From: Candidatus Eremiobacteria bacterium
Lineage (GTDB): Bacteria; Vulcanimicrobiota; Vulcanimicrobiia; Vulcanimicrobiales; Vulcanimicrobiaceae
Assembly: GCA_963758295.1 (NCBI GenBank)
Contig: CAVWUU010000001.1
Location: 1 to 64,000, forward strand
Reading direction: 5' to 3'
DNA: 64,000 nucleotides
The notes below the pieces were generated by a model. It was not told the origin of the DNA and did no database searches. It was given only the letters and a program-made list of their open reading frames with translations. Numbering within the stretch: position 1 is the first letter of the stretch; each line of letters begins with the position of its first letter. Positions 61,843 to 64,000 of this stretch are shown here, piece by piece. Both the position numbers and the translations under genes were made by a program.

Positions 61843-62684
61843 GAGCGGCGTCCTCCAAAGAGCGCGCTCAACTTGCCGAAGAACGACTGCTTGATCTCGA
61901 CCGTTGGAGCGGGAACGTCTTCACCCGCAACGCGCGCGGCAATTGCATGATACGCAGCGCCGGTTGCGTGCTCTTGATGCAATGCGAGCGGCTCGCCTTT
62001 GTTCGTCGTGACGATAATCTCGGGTTCGTCGGCGATGACGCCCAACAAGGGCAGTCGCAGAATCGCGTTCACGTCCTCAACGGAGAGCATCTTGCCCTTT
62101 TTGACGAGTTCCGGACGCAGGCGGTTGATGATGAGCTGCGGTTTGAACTTGTTACCTAGTAATCCAACGACGCGATCGACGTCGCGAACCGCTGAAACTT
62201 CCGGCGTGCAGACCACGATTGCTTCGTCGGCGCCCGCGACGGCGTTCTTAAAGCCCAATTCGATGCCGGCCGGGCAGTCGATGAGCACGTAGTCGAAACG
62301 CTCCCGCAGCCGCGCAACGAGCGCGCGCATCTTGTCGGTATCGACTTCTTCCTTTTCGCGCGTTTGAGCGGCTGCCAAGAGCATCAGTTTGCCGGTGTGC
62401 TTGTCGGGAACGAGCGCTTCGTCCAGCGTCGCCTTCTCTTCGAGCACGTCGAGAACATGATATTTCACACGGCTTTCGAGCCCGAGCACGATGTCGAGAT
62501 TGCGCAAGCCGACGTCGGCGTCGATCAACGCGACCGTCGCTCCGCGCTTTGCCAATGCGGTACCGAGGTTTGCCGTCGTCGTGGTTTTCCCGACGCCGCC
62601 TTTCCCCGACGTAACTACGATTGCGCGCCCCAGTTTCACCGGTTCGGCAGCCGGAGCATCGGCTTGAATGGGTTGATGCATCAT
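61839..62684 (-). CDS. minD: Septum site-determining ATPase MinD, copy 2
   Basis: TSGKGGVGKTT, DADVGLRNLD, DCPAGIE, TPEVSAVRD, C-terminal amphipathic helix. Confidence 0.93.
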   Translation of the reverse strand: MMHQPIQADAPAAEPVKLGRAIVVTSGKGGVGKTTTTANLGTALAKRGATVALIDADVGLRNLDIVLGLESRVKYHVLDVLEEKATLDEALVPDKHTGKLMLLAAAQTREKEEVDTDKMRALVARLRERFDYVLIDCPAGIELGFKNAVAGADEAIVVCTPEVSAVRDVDRVVGLLGNKFKPQLIINRLRPELVKKGKMLSVEDVNAILRLPLLGVIADEPEIIVTTNKGEPLALHQEHATGAAYHAIAARVAGEDVPAPTVEIKQSFFGKLSALFGGRRS

Positions 62685-63475
62685 TACCCCGCTTTCAGAG
62701 CGCCGAAGAGACGCCCGAAGAAGCCTTGTGAATCGAAGTTGGTAAACGGCACCAGCTCGCCGTCTAGGCGACGCGCGATTTTTTCGTAAATTGCCGCAAG
62801 CTTTGCCGTTTCGTCGAGCACGATGGGCTCGCCGCGATTGGTCGTATCGATGACTTCTTCGTCGTCCGGAACGATGCCCAGTAATTCGACGGAGAGAATT
62901 TCGCAAACGTCTTCAACGGATAGCATGTCGCCGGTGCGCACCATTTCAGGGCGCAGGCGGTTCACGATCAGACGAATAGGAATGTGCTTGTCGTTCAGCT
63001 TCCCAACGACCCGGTCGGCGTCACGAATCGCGCTTACTTCGGGCGTCGTTACGATGATCGCTTCTTTCGCGCCCGCAATCGCGTTACGAAATCCGGCTTC
63101 AATACCCGCCGGGCAATCGATCAGCACGAAGTCGGCGATCTCCGCTGCTTGGTCTACGATTGAAGCGAACTGCGCTTCCGTGATCGCGTCTTTGTCGCGC
63201 GTTTGCGCGGCCGGCAGAATCGAGAGCGATTCGAAGCGCTTGTCTTTGATCAGCGCTTGCCGCAACTGGCAGCGTCCCTCGGCAACTTCCACCACGTCGA
63301 ACACGATTCGCTTTTCGAGCCCGAGCACCAGATCGAGATTGCGCAGCCCGATATCCGCGTCCATTAGAATGACGCGTTTACCGCGCTTCGCGAGCGCGGC
63401 GCCCAAGTTAGCGGTCGTCGTGGTCTTCCCGACGCCGCCCTTTCCCGAGGTAAGAACGATTCTACGAGCGCTCAT
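62684..63475 (-). CDS. minD: Septum site-determining ATPase MinD, copy 1
   Basis: TSGKGGVGKTT, DADIGLRNLD, DCPAGIE, TPEVSAIRDADR, GFFGRLF membrane helix. Confidence 0.95.
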   Translation of the reverse strand: MSARRIVLTSGKGGVGKTTTTANLGAALAKRGKRVILMDADIGLRNLDLVLGLEKRIVFDVVEVAEGRCQLRQALIKDKRFESLSILPAAQTRDKDAITEAQFASIVDQAAEIADFVLIDCPAGIEAGFRNAIAGAKEAIIVTTPEVSAIRDADRVVGKLNDKHIPIRLIVNRLRPEMVRTGDMLSVEDVCEILSVELLGIVPDDEEVIDTTNRGEPIVLDETAKLAAIYEKIARRLDGELVPFTNFDSQGFFGRLFGALKAG

Positions 63476-63476
63476 A

Positions 63477-64000
63477 TCAGCGAGCACCTTTCCTTGAGTC
63501 GTTTGCTTTATCGTGTGGCACGATCGTGATTCTGCCATCGCTCACGAATGCCACCTCCGGTTCAGCCGGAGCTTTGCGCGAGCCTTCATTGGCCGCGATG
63601 CAGGTAGCGATTCTTAACTGCGTAGCGTCGAGATGTACGGCGTAAACGCGAGCGTTCGCATCGCCTTGCGCGCCGGCGTGAGCAACGCCGAGCAAGCGCC
63701 CGAATACGACGACGTCGCCGGTCGCAACGAGTTCCGTGCCGGGATTCACGTCGCCCACGACAACGATGTTTCCGTCGTGATGCAGCGCCTGTCCGCCGCG
63801 CAGCGTTCCGACGTGATACAGCGTTCCGGGCGACGCCACCGGCGGGAGCGCGGGTTGCGCACTTTCGGCGTCCGCTTGAGACTGAGCCGCCGACCCTACT
63901 GAACGGCGCACGCTCGTTTCGCCCCGCTTGCGACGTTCCGCGATGTCCGCCCGCGCGCCGGCGAAGTCGGCAACGAGGGAACGGGCTGCGTCTGAAAGCT
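63477..64000 (-). CDS. minC: Septum site-determining protein MinC (5' end outside the window)
   Basis: TLRGGQ, GDVNPG, G.L.GVAHAG, ATQLRIA, PEVA. Confidence 0.92.
   Translation of the reverse strand, partial: LSDAARSLVADFAGARADIAERRKRGETSVRRSVGSAAQSQADAESAQPALPPVASPGTLYHVGTLRGGQALHHDGNIVVVGDVNPGTELVATGDVVVFGRLLGVAHAGAQGDANARVYAVHLDATQLRIATCIAANEGSRKAPAEPEVAFVSDGRITIVPHDKANDSRKGAR

Noticed and set aside
1..64000. CRISPR array, tRNA or rRNA
   Set aside because: No regularly spaced repeats and no recognisable tRNA or rRNA sequence were seen by eye, including around the Cas4-like fusion gene.

Overview
The window appears to join DNA from two different sources. Bases 1 to ~10,235 are very GC-rich, full of indels and Planctomycete-like (LEPR-xLL secretion motif, planctomycete-type TolC fragment). 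They hold a nested mobile structure. A ~6.6 kb IS66-family element (256-6820, 8-bp target duplication TTCCCCTC) sits in a TolC-like gene. Besides tnpA/tnpB/tnpC it carries a large passenger gene that fuses a RecB/TM0106-like nuclease, an RNase H-like exonuclease, a second IS66-type DDE domain and a metallophosphoesterase. That passenger is itself split by a 209-bp ISAs1-like MITE with a 10-bp target duplication. From ~10,240 to the end the DNA is lower in GC, tightly packed and mostly chromosomal; the gene style suggests Ca. Eremiobacterota, which is an inference. This part contains Lrp-kdd-kamA, a single-chain lipoyl-E2-E1 2-oxoglutarate dehydrogenase, and a binding protein/DsrE-like/TsdA/YeiH sulfur module. 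It also contains a cupredoxin-phosphoesterase-ECF sigma cluster, an ftsEX-kinase-GGDEF-envC-ctpA-ctpA operon, rne, a STAND adenylate cyclase and minC-minD-minD-minE-alkB-rodA. Most frameshifts are probably sequencing or assembly errors. No rRNA, tRNA or CRISPR array was seen. All calls come from reading motifs by eye, without database searches.
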